This document shows, piece after piece, positions 14,114-25,468 of a stretch of 64,000 nt of DNA; positions within the stretch are counted from its first letter, which is position 1, and each line of letters begins with the position of its first letter. Both the position numbers and the translations under genes were made by a program. This DNA is from Podarcis erhardii (lineage: Eukaryota), in NCBI GenBank assembly GCA_964252035.1, contig OZ176202.1; one strand, 5' to 3'. The notes under the pieces are model-generated. The model saw nothing but the letters and a program-made list of their open reading frames with translations, was not told where the DNA came from and did not search any database.

Positions 14114-15967
14114 GTAAGGACAAGGGGGGAACTCTTTTGTTGCCGTGCTCTGGAAAGAGCATGGCAAGCTAGGGATCCGAAAGAAATGGGAGAGGCCTTG
14201 AAAGTGCAGCTTCTAACAAAAATCAATATTCTTAATTTCTGATGGGATGGTAGTACATCCGAGTGCATGAGGGAAATCATATGTTCATTGTTAGATGAAT
14301 GATTGGTTATAATAGGCACAGAAATGGCAGAGTTCAAACTCTCATGTTGCTTTCTTAAAGTCTATGTAGCATGGAATCCTGGTTAAAAGTCAAGCTGGAA
14401 TAATTTATTAACATCATTCACATTAGCAGCCTAAGGATTGTTAAATGTGAGCTGAGATCAATTAACAGATTCTGCAAAATATCACTGCACAACAATCTCT
14501 TCCCAGAAAGAAATCTCTGCAACAGAGCATGCTGTAGTGTGTGACACCAATGTTAATTTTGATAGCATTTCCTTCATTAACCTTACAATGAATGAGCACA
14601 ATCTTTAAAAAAAAAACACACACAAGAAGACTAGCTAATGTGGTCTGGATGGTACTAATTCAGCCAGTGCATTTGAAGCCAACATGATATTTTATCTTGA
14701 GAGTGAAAATTGAGAAGCTTGGTGTTCTGATCTGAATACTATATAGTTCTTTTAGAGGGGATTGCATATACCAATGCTCAGTTCTGATAAAAATCAGAAG
14801 CTAACATGCATTTGCAGCAAGAAAAGGTTGATCCAACACACGTTATTTTATATCTCTTCTTCTCTAGCCGCTATCTAAATAAAACTGAACATTAATTAAA
14901 ATTTGCAACAACTAAGTAAAACTGTGAAAGTTAGTTGCCTAAGACTTTAGTATGGAGAGTATGTTTCTTCACAGTCACAGAGACTTTTTACTTCTTTTTG
15001 AAGTTAGACATGTGGGATCAGGACTTGGTAGAAGTGCCTCTCTAAGGAGACTTGCCTTGTTCCTACTCTGGACAATTTCTGCCAGCAGATAACGGCTTTT
15101 TAATTTTGGAAACTTCCTTCTCTTAAGCAAGCAATCAGCTTTTACTGCAGCTTAAGGCTGCAATCCAATACTTACCTCAATAGGACTTCCTTCTGTGCCA
15201 ACATGTATTATGCTGCTAGCTGCTTATATTTTATTGCTGGGAGTGGTTTAATTGTTATTTCATTTGATATTGGCTTCAGTAGTTTGTGGAAATCAGTTTG
15301 AAAGGAGGCTCATAAAATGTATAAAGAAATAAAATGAAAGTCCCACTGTGTTAAAGTGTGTATCAGGAAACACATATTATCTATAATAAAAAAAATTGAT
15401 AACTTGGACAGAGAAGTAGTGGAATCCTTTCTTAGAGATTTTTCAGGAAGTTACTGAGCGCATCTATTTGGCATTATTAAAATCTAGGAAATTTTAGTAT
15501 TACTTGAGCTTTTGTTGCTGGAAACTGGACTAGAGGATCAATGTGTTCCCCTGCATCCTGAAATGCAGAGGTGAGCCCTCTTTTATATAGTTAATGGAAG
15601 AAAGACGTGGGAGGCATGGTTTGTTTTTTCTCATTCCTCCTTTTTTGCTTTCATCTCCACCGCTGTAATCACAGAAGTAGGCCCCCTTGATTCTAGTGAA
15701 ATACACTTCCAAGTGTGCTTATCCCAGCCACCTAATTAAGTGATGGGTGTTGCTTACTAAATGCTCATCCACTTTCAACTATATGTTTCAGCTCAACATC
15801 ATTAGCTTTTGGTTTTAGCTGTAGACTTCAGTCATCCATCTAAAGTAACTCCACTGTGATCAGTGAATGAATTTCAGAGTAAATAATTGCAAGAATGCCA
15901 TGGCAGGCTTTTTAATGAATTTGTTTTAACAACTGTCAAAAGGAACACTGGGATCAAAGTAGCATGC

Positions 15968-16017
15968 AGCCCAACACATATTTAGTTGGTAGAGCCCAAC
16001 ACATATTTAGCTGGTAG
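15968..16017. repeat. 25-bp tandem duplication
   Basis: agcccaacacatatttagttggtag followed by agcccaacacatatttagctggtag (1 mismatch). Confidence 0.9.
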
Positions 16018-16930
16018 AGCAACTCATTGAGTTCAGCAGAAGAATTGCAGCATCAGGCATTTTTCCTCAATATGATTGCACAACAACATACTCCAGTAAG
16101 TGACATTGCTGTCTGACTGCATAGCTTATTTATAAACAGGCATGAAGACCATACTATTGACACTGCATGAGTTGGAGCTCTCCATGATAAGGAGTTGGTC
16201 CATGTTATCTTGGGCAGATCACTACTGTCCAACCTCAGTTTTTCATATGAAAAATTGGAATAATATTGATAAAACTCACAACAAAGGAATGAAGGAGAAC
16301 CTTATAAAAGTAACATGTTCGAAATAAATTTGTTTTCATTTCACTTTAGAACTTGATTTTACTCTCTGTGATTCTGCTAAAGCCCAGTGTGCATGAACAG
16401 AGGAGCTGTGAGTGAGGATGGAAGTCAGCTTGCACCTGTGGTCCAGAGTCACTGCAGCTTCCCAGTAAGGAGAAGGGCAAGGCCCTGGGGAGGTCAGTGC
16501 TGTGTAGATGCACCTGCGGAGCCAATCTGCCCCTCCTGTTGGTGCATCCACACCATGCCCAGCTCCCCACTGCCTCACCCTTCTCCCTCCCAGTAAGCAA
16601 GTCCCCTCCCCACCAACTGCTCCTGTATGAACAAATAGAGCAATATGACAGCTGCTTAAATCCAAGCATATGGAGCCGTTTGAAATGCTAAGCCATTTCT
16701 GTACAGCAACCTGCCACGTGGACTTGGTGGCTTTATCCCTGATGCCAGAAGCCACCAGCTTCATGAAGCACTCTACTGCATGTTGAATGAGGCAATCTCC
16801 ATGCCCAGTGGCCTTTGCAGTAGCCTCTGCATGCATGAAGGCTTATATGAGAGCATGGGGTGTGGATTTCAGCTCCATGGAAGGGGGTTCTTCGAAATGC
16901 TAACCTTTCCCCTATCTTCCTACCCAACAG

Positions 16931-19900
16931 TACACGTCAAGCTCTTCTGGAGGAGAAAGTTCTTGTGAAGAAGGGAGGATGCGGAGGCCTACCCAGCTGA
17001 GGCCCTTCCATTCTCGGAACGTTGTTGATCCAGACTTCCCCATTCTTCACTTGTCAAGTGACCCAGATTATTCTTCTAGCAGCGAACAGTCATGCGACAC
17101 CGTCATTTATGTTGGCCCCAACGGCACAGCCCTTTCGGACAAGGAACTAACTGACAACGAAGGTCCCCCGGATTTTGTCCCCATAGTTCCTGCCCTTCAG
17201 AAGACTAAAACTGAAGGCAAGCTGGAGGACATGAGTGAGACAGCCCCCAGCACTTCTGAGAGAGACTGCTTGAAGTGCAATACATTTGCGGAACTCCAGG
17301 AGAGGTTGGACTGCATTGACGGCAGTGAGGAGACTGACACGTTTCCTTTTGAAGAACTGCCTGTTCAGTTCAGCTCTGACCAAGTGACTAAGTGCCCTGT
17401 GTCAGGTCAAGCAGCAGAGCTCACTAGTACATCAGAAGAAGGCCTGGCAGGCTGCCAAGAACCTGATAAAGATTTCAAGGAAAACCTGAATGCAACAGCC
17501 AACAAAATTCAGGGAAGCCATTCCCCTGTTCACACCGGGGTGCTTAATGAGGCACCCACCCCTCCATCACCTAGGAGTGTTACAGGCAGTCCAAGTAGCC
17601 ACACAAACTGTTCCCAGCAATCCCACGGCACGGATCTGCAGAGCAGCCGAGAAAGCCTGAACACTTGCGGCTTTGTAGAAAGCAAGCCTCGGCCCATGGG
17701 TTCCCCCCGGCTTGGCATTGCAAGCCTTTCCAAGACATCCGAGTACAAGCCGCCCACTTCTCCTTCTCAGAGGTGCAAGGTTTACACCCAGAAAGGGGTG
17801 CTGCCCAACCCTGCACCACCACCGTCATCCTTAAGCAAGGACTCCGGGATGGTGTCCAGTGAGTCTCTGATGCAGCCAGAGATCCGCACTCCTCCCATTG
17901 GCATGAGCCCACAGCTCATGAAAAAGTCTGTGTCTTCCAGCAGTGCTGATTATGGGGAGCATATTGACAATGAAGAGCAGCAGGAGCAGCAGCAAGAGCC
18001 ACCTCTTTCTCCTGAGTCAAAGAAGGAGATTTTGAGCACCACCATGGTCACAGTGCAGCAGCCCTTAGAGCTGAACGGAGAAGATGAGCTGGTATTCACC
18101 TTGGTTGAAGAACTGACCATTAGTGGGGTTCTGGAAAACGGACGTCCAACAAGTATCATCAGCTTTAACAGTGATTGTTCTGTGCAAGCTCTGGCCTCTG
18201 GGTCTAGGCCGGTTAGCATTATCAGCAGCATCAGTGAAGATCTTGAATGCTATGCCAGTACAGCTCCTGTGTCTGAGGTCAGTATCACCCAGTTTATGCC
18301 TCTTCCAAAAATGGGACTGGATCACAAAGCTGAAGAGGCTGAAAGCAGACGTTCCTCTATCAGCTCGTGGTTGAGTGAAATGAGCACCGGAAGTGATGGC
18401 GAACAGTCATGCCACAGCTTCATAGCCCAAGCATGCTATGGGCATGGGGAAGCACTGGCAGATGCGCCCATTCCTGAACTGGCAAGAGGCGTACAGAACA
18501 GCAGTGTGGTTTGTATAAATGACAAGCAAAAGCCAGTCACCGAGGAAATATTTGTACTGCCAGAGGTTACCGATGAAAGTATTAATAAAATGTCACCTAT
18601 CAAAGGTTGTAAAATATCAGCCCTGGGAAAGACTATGGTCACAATATCAAACACCACAAGCCTAAGCAGTTGTGAAGGTTTCATTCCAATGAAGACCAAC
18701 ATTACTGTGTATCCATGTATTGCTGTTAATCCCTTTAAGGCACAAGAGCCGCCTGAGACCATATCTGCAGTGTCGTCACCAGCAAAAGTTGCCCAGCCTC
18801 AAGAGGTGAAGGAATCCAGTGTAAGAAAAGAGATAAAATTTGATGATCCTTGGCTAAAGAGGGAAGACAGTGTGAAAAAAGAAAGCTGTGGCCCCAAGGC
18901 TGAAGCCATCACTCAACAAAATAAGAAGCAGAAGTCAGCAGACCGGTTTAGCAGCAGTAGCGGAGAGACTTCCAGCTCCCCGGGAACAGAAAACCTGAAG
19001 AGGGTTGTAGATGGATGTGAAATGGGACTTCCCAGTTCCACAGCCCACAGCCCAGCACACACTACGGAGAGCTTTAAAAATGGCAGCCTCACAAGAGGCG
19101 TTCAGAAGGCCAGCAAGCTAGAGGAATTGGATGCTGTTTCCTATCATTACATTGAGGAGAACAGTACCATTAGCTGTTCTGTTGGGTCCCAGACTTCCAG
19201 AGCTAGCTTGGAAAGAAGGATTGCATCCCCCAAACACTGCGTTCTCACACGTCCAAAAGGAACTCCGCCGTTGCCTCCCGTGAGGAAATCTAGCCTGGAT
19301 CAGAAAAATAGGGCCAGCCCTCAGCACAGCACTTGCAGTAGCAGCACCAGCAGCCCTTTGAACCAACCTGCACCTTTCCTGGCTAGTTTTCCTGATGAGC
19401 TGAATGGGAAACAAAAGGGTTCCAGTATGGAGAGCGGTAACAATAGCAGCAGTAAATTGTTTAGTGCCAAACTTGAACAGCTGGCCAGCAGAACCAATTC
19501 CTTGGGAAGGTCCAGTGGGAGCCATTATGAGTGCCTGTCTTTGGAAAGGGCAGAGAGTCTGTCCTCTGTCAGCTCCAAGATGGGTCCAGGGAAAGACACC
19601 ACAATGCCCAGAGCTGGGAGAAGTTTCAACCGCAGTGCAATGTCCTCACCCACAAACTCAGGCCTTTCTCAGTCTGCAGGGGCCTCGCCAAAGGCCAGTC
19701 AATCAAAGATCTCTGCAGTGAGCAAGCTCCTCTTGGCAAGTCCTAAGGCTCGAAGCCTGGCTGCCTCAACCACCAAAACACTTAGCTTCTCTACCAAGTC
19801 CCTCCCTCAGTCTGTGGGGCAGAGTTCAGGCTTGCCTCCCAATGGAAAGAATATGTCCTGGTCTACTCAGTCTCTCAGCAGGAACAGGGGCTCTGGGCTC

Positions 19901-20336
19901 TCCTCAAAACTGCCCCTCAGAGCCGTCAATGGGAGGATCTCAGAACTTCTGCAAGGAAGCACAGGTACCAGAGGGCTGCAGTTGCGTAGGAACTCAGACA
20001 CAGATGATCGCAGTGCCGTCCACGGAGAAGAGAAGCCAACTGTTCACCTGCTGCCTTCACCTTACAGCAAGATCACTCCACCTCGGAAGCCTCACCGCTG
20101 TAGCAGTGGCCACGGAAGTGACAACAGCAGTGTCCTGAGTGGGGAGCTGCCACCTGCCATGGGGAAAACAGCCTTGTTCTACCACAGTGGAGGAAGCAGC
20201 GGGTATGAAAGCATGATGAGAGACAGTGAAGCAACAGGAAGTGCTTCCTCGGCACAAGACTCTATGAGCGAGAACAGCAGCTCCCTCAGTGGGAGGTGCC
20301 GAAGTCTCAAAAATCCAAAGAAGCGTTCAAATACAG
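16931..20336 (+). CDS. KIF26B: KIF26B giant internal exon (about exon 12), 3,406 bp; Ser/Pro-rich disordered tail
   Basis: Acceptor cccaacag|TAC ACG TCA gives [15 protein letters not shown], in frame with the 1125-aa ORF ([10 protein letters not shown]...[18 protein letters not shown]...[16 protein letters not shown]...KKRSNT). Donor ACAG|gtatgt at 20336/20337, phase 1. The sequence follows recalled human KIF26B (not KIF26A) along its length. Confidence 0.98.
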
Positions 20337-20669
20337 GTATGTCCTTAGACTTCTAGATTGAGAAATAGCACCGAGACCTGCTAAGTAGGTTTCAGAGTTA
20401 CTTACCTTATTGGGGGGAATGCTAAAAACTTTTCCATTGGAAATTAAGGCATTTTAAGGTGATTAACTCAGGAGGAATTGGGCAGAAGAAGATGAACGGT
20501 CCTTGGAGACCAAGACATGCCCAAATTGTGAACTAGAATAATATGTGACACTGTAGAACATCTTTACTGCTTGCATGGCATGGAAGTTCAGCTGGGGGAA
20601 ATTAACAGAGAATTTCTGTGCTTTTTGTTAGGTGAGTAAATATGTGACTATGCCAGTTCTTCTGTTAAA

Positions 20670-20800
20670 CCAACCTTCTCCAACCTGGTGCTGCCCTCTA
20701 GATGCCTTGGTCTCCAGCTTCCATCAGCCCCAGTCAGCATAGCCAATGGTCAGGGATGATGGGAACTGTAAACCAAAACAACTGGTGGGCACCAACTTGA
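20670..20800. mobile_element. Palindromic hAT-type MITE, degraded
   Basis: ttctccaacctggtg...cttccatcagcccca...gggatgatgggaactgtaaaccaaaacaactggtgggcaccaac. Confidence 0.55.
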
Positions 20801-23800
20801 CTTTGCTGGCTTCAGACTTCTTCTTCTTCTTCTCTGGAAGGGCATTTTTCAGGGTCCATTCTTCATTTGTCTAGACTTTGCTTCACCTGTACAGATGGAA
20901 ATTACTGTTCTGTGCCCAAAGCAAAGACTCAAAGCATTTTGAACTAGAGCACGAGAATATTATTCTTTCAAGACTACCATCAAGAATAATTCTCAAAAGA
21001 CATAACTATTTCCAATTTACATCACTAGCCTATCTTAGGGTTTTGTTTTATTTTTGTCATTTCTGCCTTATATTCAACAACCCAGCCCAGTGTCCCTTTT
21101 AGAATGGCATTCTTCCTGTTTGTTCTTACCAATGAATGTGTTTTAATGAGAAAAGCAGGTTCTGTAGAGGACATTTTCTTACCTACTGTCTTATTTGTTT
21201 TATTTCTCACATGTTTATCCTCTTCCTCAGGGGATAAACAACTTAGGACAGTATGTGGGAGATGAGCTATTTTATCTTTATAACAACCTTATGTCTACCC
21301 ATAACTTCCATAGCAGGATTTCAACCTATGGCTCTAGTCCCAAGTCATAGAAACCCCTCTGTAGTATAATGGAAAATATCCAACTCTCTCTCCATTATAC
21401 CATACTGACTCTTCCAATAGTATTGACTACAAAGATCTGGGGTGGGGGTTATGTGACATTCCAGATGTTGCTGAGAGCCCAGCCATGGGAAGATATGCTA
21501 CATGTCCCTGTTCAATGGACAGCCTGAAACTCAACTTTGCTCTTTCCCTTCCCTCCAATCCCAGTTGGCTACACACTCTTCTCAGCTATTTGTGGGTTTT
21601 GCTAGTGATCCAGCCCCACCTTTCAGCATTCCCTGTGGATGGATTGACAAGAAATGAAGCAGATATTCCACTAGAAGGGCTGCATAGGTGGAAAGGCCAT
21701 CCAGTCCTTTTCCTCTGAACCACTGATCCAACAAGGCAAAAGAGGGACCACATTCCAGCAGTGGACTATTGGTCAATTTCTTGTAGACCACCTAGATTCT
21801 TATAATGAATGCTGGACTAGATGGGCCTCAGGCTGATCCAGCAATTACTCCTTAGTTTGTAATTACAGGTTCAGGGTACGTATTTCTAATGCTCAAGCGC
21901 ATTATGAATCAAACATCATTTGCCATAGACATTCTTCTGGCACTTTGAGTGTAAAATAATATCCCTCAAATGTGCCAGCTGAGACCCATTCATTAATCAG
22001 TGAAGCAAAAGTGGATCACACAAGACAGAAGCCACCCCACCCTTCACCTCTTGCTCCCAGTGTGCTGACAATCCTAGAATACAAAGCTAGCACCCATACT
22101 AATGACCAAAGTATAGCAGGCTGAGTAGCAAGGAGAATTTTAACCTACATCAGATAGAGCTGATTTTTGCCTGACCTTGTGGAATGGCTTCATAAGTGAG
22201 GGGAATATATACTTTCCATTTCTACCTCACTTCATGGGAGGCCCTATTAGTTGCAAATGAACTCTATTGGCCATGGCTGGTCTAAAAGGTATGTGGCCTA
22301 TCCAAAAAGGATTTGTTTACTATCGTCAAGATGGTAGAGTCATGTTTCTTCTGAGCATGTTCTCAAATCCTTCCTCAAGAAAGGGAAGGGACTTGCTCTA
22401 TTACAAGGCTGGCACACTCTGGTTATATATTTGATCCTGGGCACACTTAGTTACATTTCTCCTGCTATGATACAGGATCCGCCTCTTTTTCAGAAGAGGC
22501 TGGATAAGCATCTGTCAGGGATGGTTTAGATCTAGAAAATCCTGGCATAATGCAGGTGTTGGGACAGCTTGACCCTTGAGCTCCCTTCCAGCACTCAGAC
22601 ACACTCGATGGAAATGACTTGCCCTGTTACCCTGATAGATCTTGAATCCATTGACCTTCAGCACAAAGTGTGCAGCTCATCTTTACTAAACCGTGCAAAG
22701 CAGGGGATGTGAAATGGAAGAGGGAGGGGTTAAATATTAATTTTGAGCTTCGATGCATCTATTTTTATCAGACCACCATTTTTAATGAATTGTACCCATT
22801 TCTAATTAAGCCTAAAAGTAACAGGTCATATTTAAACACCTTGTCATTCCTTAAAAAAAAGAAAAAAAGTCAATGCAAATATCTTTTCCCCCTCATTAAA
22901 CAATTGTCAATAAATAAAGCCTTCCACTTTTTATAGCATGTTTTTTCATTGAATTCCCACCCCCCAGCAATAAAGTCATAATTCTGTATTGGATGGAAGC
23001 ACAATCTTTTACATGTCAATAGATTTATGAGGACATAAACGTAAGATTATGACTGCAGCAGTGGGCCAGGCTCAAACTGGAGTGGAATGGGGAAATCTGC
23101 TGGCATTAATTTATGGACAAGAATAGTCTTGCTTCAGTTTTTTCCCCTCTTAAAGGCAGATCTCTTTCCCTTAATCCTTGTCCATGTATAAAAGATTGCC
23201 ATTGCGATTTAAATATACATATCTATCTCAAAGAACCCAAGGCATTTCCTATTATTTTAAACTATGGTGTCAAGAGCACTGGACCCTCCCTGATTTGCTG
23301 TCATGGATACACACTGCTATAATGGATATGGTGCTGTAGATATGCTCATTTCAGGTCAGGTGACCTTGTCTGGTTTATTTATGATTATTATTAACGGAAA
23401 TGCTAGCTGTCAGGCGTGATCAACATGAATCAACAGGAAACCCCTTTTAGAGAGGCCACAAAGACTTTTAAGAAAATCGCCAGCAGTCTTGTGAGGTTTC
23501 ACGATTGCTTTTGAAGTTCTCACACACTGAAGAGACAGATTCCTCTCTTCTCCCTGCCTCCTGGAGATTGAGATTTGGTTTTCTTTTGGTTTTCCTTAAG
23601 TGCATTACCGTACTTCTATATACTTAAGTAACGGTTTTAGAACCTGAGCATCAAAGGGTATGCAACAGGTTTTGAAAGACAAGAGCAATTTACCTTTCAG
23701 TTTTAGTCCTGCTTAAATTTCAGGTTCTAAATTTCATAAGCACAGGAAACTGCTTGCAGCTACCTGATCGTTACATAACCTAAACAAACACATAGTGTTT

Positions 23801-24169
23801 AATCATACATACAGGCAAATACAAACACATCCTCCTGTTAGTCACTAACTTCCACCTACCATAACTATGTGTTGACTTTTCTTAGTGCTTTATTAACATT
23901 GGGTCTAAACCTTCCATTATTTGCTGCTGAACCCTGGTATTATCCACTCACTGTGCTGGAAGAATGAAAGGACAATTCATGGCAGGTCCAGGATTCAGAT
24001 GCAGTAAATAACGTTTAACCCTTGTTCATCCTTTTTCATTTTGTATGGGCTTCAGACTTGTTTGGCATCTACTCCCCCCTTCTGTGCAATATTACTGCTT
24101 CATTGCAGAAGACAGAAAGTACTGGACACAGCCCAGGCAGTTAAAGACATTCATGTCCCATTGATTTCA

Positions 24170-24170
24170 G

Positions 24171-24208
<38 letters not shown>

Positions 24209-24690
24209 AGTTGAGTTTATATACTGCCCTGTACCTAGAGGGGGATGCAGGCGGTGCTGTGGGTTAAACCACAGAGCCTAGGACTTGCCGATCAGAAGGT
24301 TGGAGGTTCGAATCCCCGCAAAGGGGTGAACTCCCGTTGCTCGGTCCCTGTTCCTGCCAACCTAGCAGTTCAAAAGCACGTCAAAGTGCAAGTAGATAAA
24401 TAGGTACCGCTCTGGCGAGAAGGTAAACGGCATTTCCGTGCGCTGCTCTGGTTCGCCAGAAGCGGCTTAGTCATGCTGGCCACATGACCCAGAAGCTGTA
24501 CACCGGCTCCCTCGGCCAATAAAGCGAGATGAGCGCCGCAACCCCAGAGTCGGTCACAACTGGACTTAATGGTCAGGGGTCCCGTATTTACCTTTATACC
24601 TAGAGGTCTCAGGGCGGTTCACAGAATAAAATCAAAATATAAAACCACAAAATACATAATCAAAATAAAAACAACAACCCAATTGCCCTC
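24170..24690 (-). mobile_element. LINE (L2-like) 3' tail with (GTT)n/(AAC)n microsatellite, interrupted by the Sauria SINE
   Basis: Removing the SINE and one TSD restores tttatatactgccctgtacctagaggtctcagggcggttcacagaataaaatcaaaatataaaacc, similar to the element at 44486-44610. (GTT)13 at 24170-24208. Confidence 0.65.
24242..24596 (+). mobile_element. Sauria SINE (Squam1, lacertid POM-type), full length, 10-bp TSD
   Basis: tRNA-like head (GGTGCTGTGGGTTAAACC...GGTTCGAATCCC), body matching the recalled Sauria SINE consensus, BovB-like 3' end (ccccagagtcggtcacaactggac) and tttaccttt tail. TSD tacctagagg at 24232-24241 and 24597-24606. Confidence 0.92.
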
Positions 24691-25316
24691 CCCCAAAATA
24701 GGTTGTACATGCTTCTCTCACTCACCCTTTGTCGTTGAAAAAAGTACAGAACTCAAAAGGTCTTTACTTTGGCTAGATCATGCCTTGCCATTTTAAAATT
24801 AGGGATGCTATGCTGAAGGATAATCCAGTGCTATCACTTTTCTGGAAACTAGGTCTGTGCCAGAATCATGCTTTTTCCGATAATGAGGTCAAGCTGTGGT
24901 CTAGATACCATGGCTTATTTTTATTTTATTTGAGGCATATGCCACTTTCTACCATATTTTTTTTTTAAAGGTGACTTCTAATAATAGCCACATTCATACA
25001 AATGTAATTCATAACCAATTGAAAATTGATAACAACACATTAAGAGTGATCATTCACAGTCAGATTATTCCACCAGGGTGGGGCTAAGGGGCACTTAGGC
25101 ATCTGGGGGTCTGATTCTCTCACTTCAGAACTGTTTCTGCTGCTGCCAAGGTGAAGGCAGCCCTCTCTCACACACCATCACTTTTTAAAAAAATGACAGG
25201 ATAGCTAAGTATGTTAAGATCATATGCTGTTAGGTCATTGGCAGTTAGGTAATTGTATTAAATATCGTGTTCATTTTTAAATCGTAGTCAACCCAAACGG
25301 GCATGAGAATGAGCTG

Positions 25317-25468
25317 CAGTGGACCCTCCGGATACGAATAAAATTCATTCCAGGGGTCCGTACTTAACCTGAAAAGTCCGTAACTGGAGGTGCCGCTTCT
25401 GCGCATGCATGCATGGCAAAACCCAGAAGTTACGTATCCAGAGCGGTACATAATTTAAGGGTCCACTG
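25317..25468. mobile_element. Tc1/mariner-pogo type MITE, family B (152 bp)
   Basis: TIRs CAGTGGACCCT / AGGGTCCACTG; right flank TA, left flank TG (probably mutated). Confidence 0.75.

Noticed and set aside
16336-16836. 166-aa minus ORF and overlapping ORFs upstream of the giant exon
   Set aside because: GC-rich intronic patch with a short ~13-20-bp inverted repeat (about 16502-16552); no domain similarity. Probably a TE remnant.
17147-20257. Many antisense and off-frame ORFs overlapping the giant exon
   Set aside because: Shadow ORFs of a long coding exon; no independent homology or splice signals.
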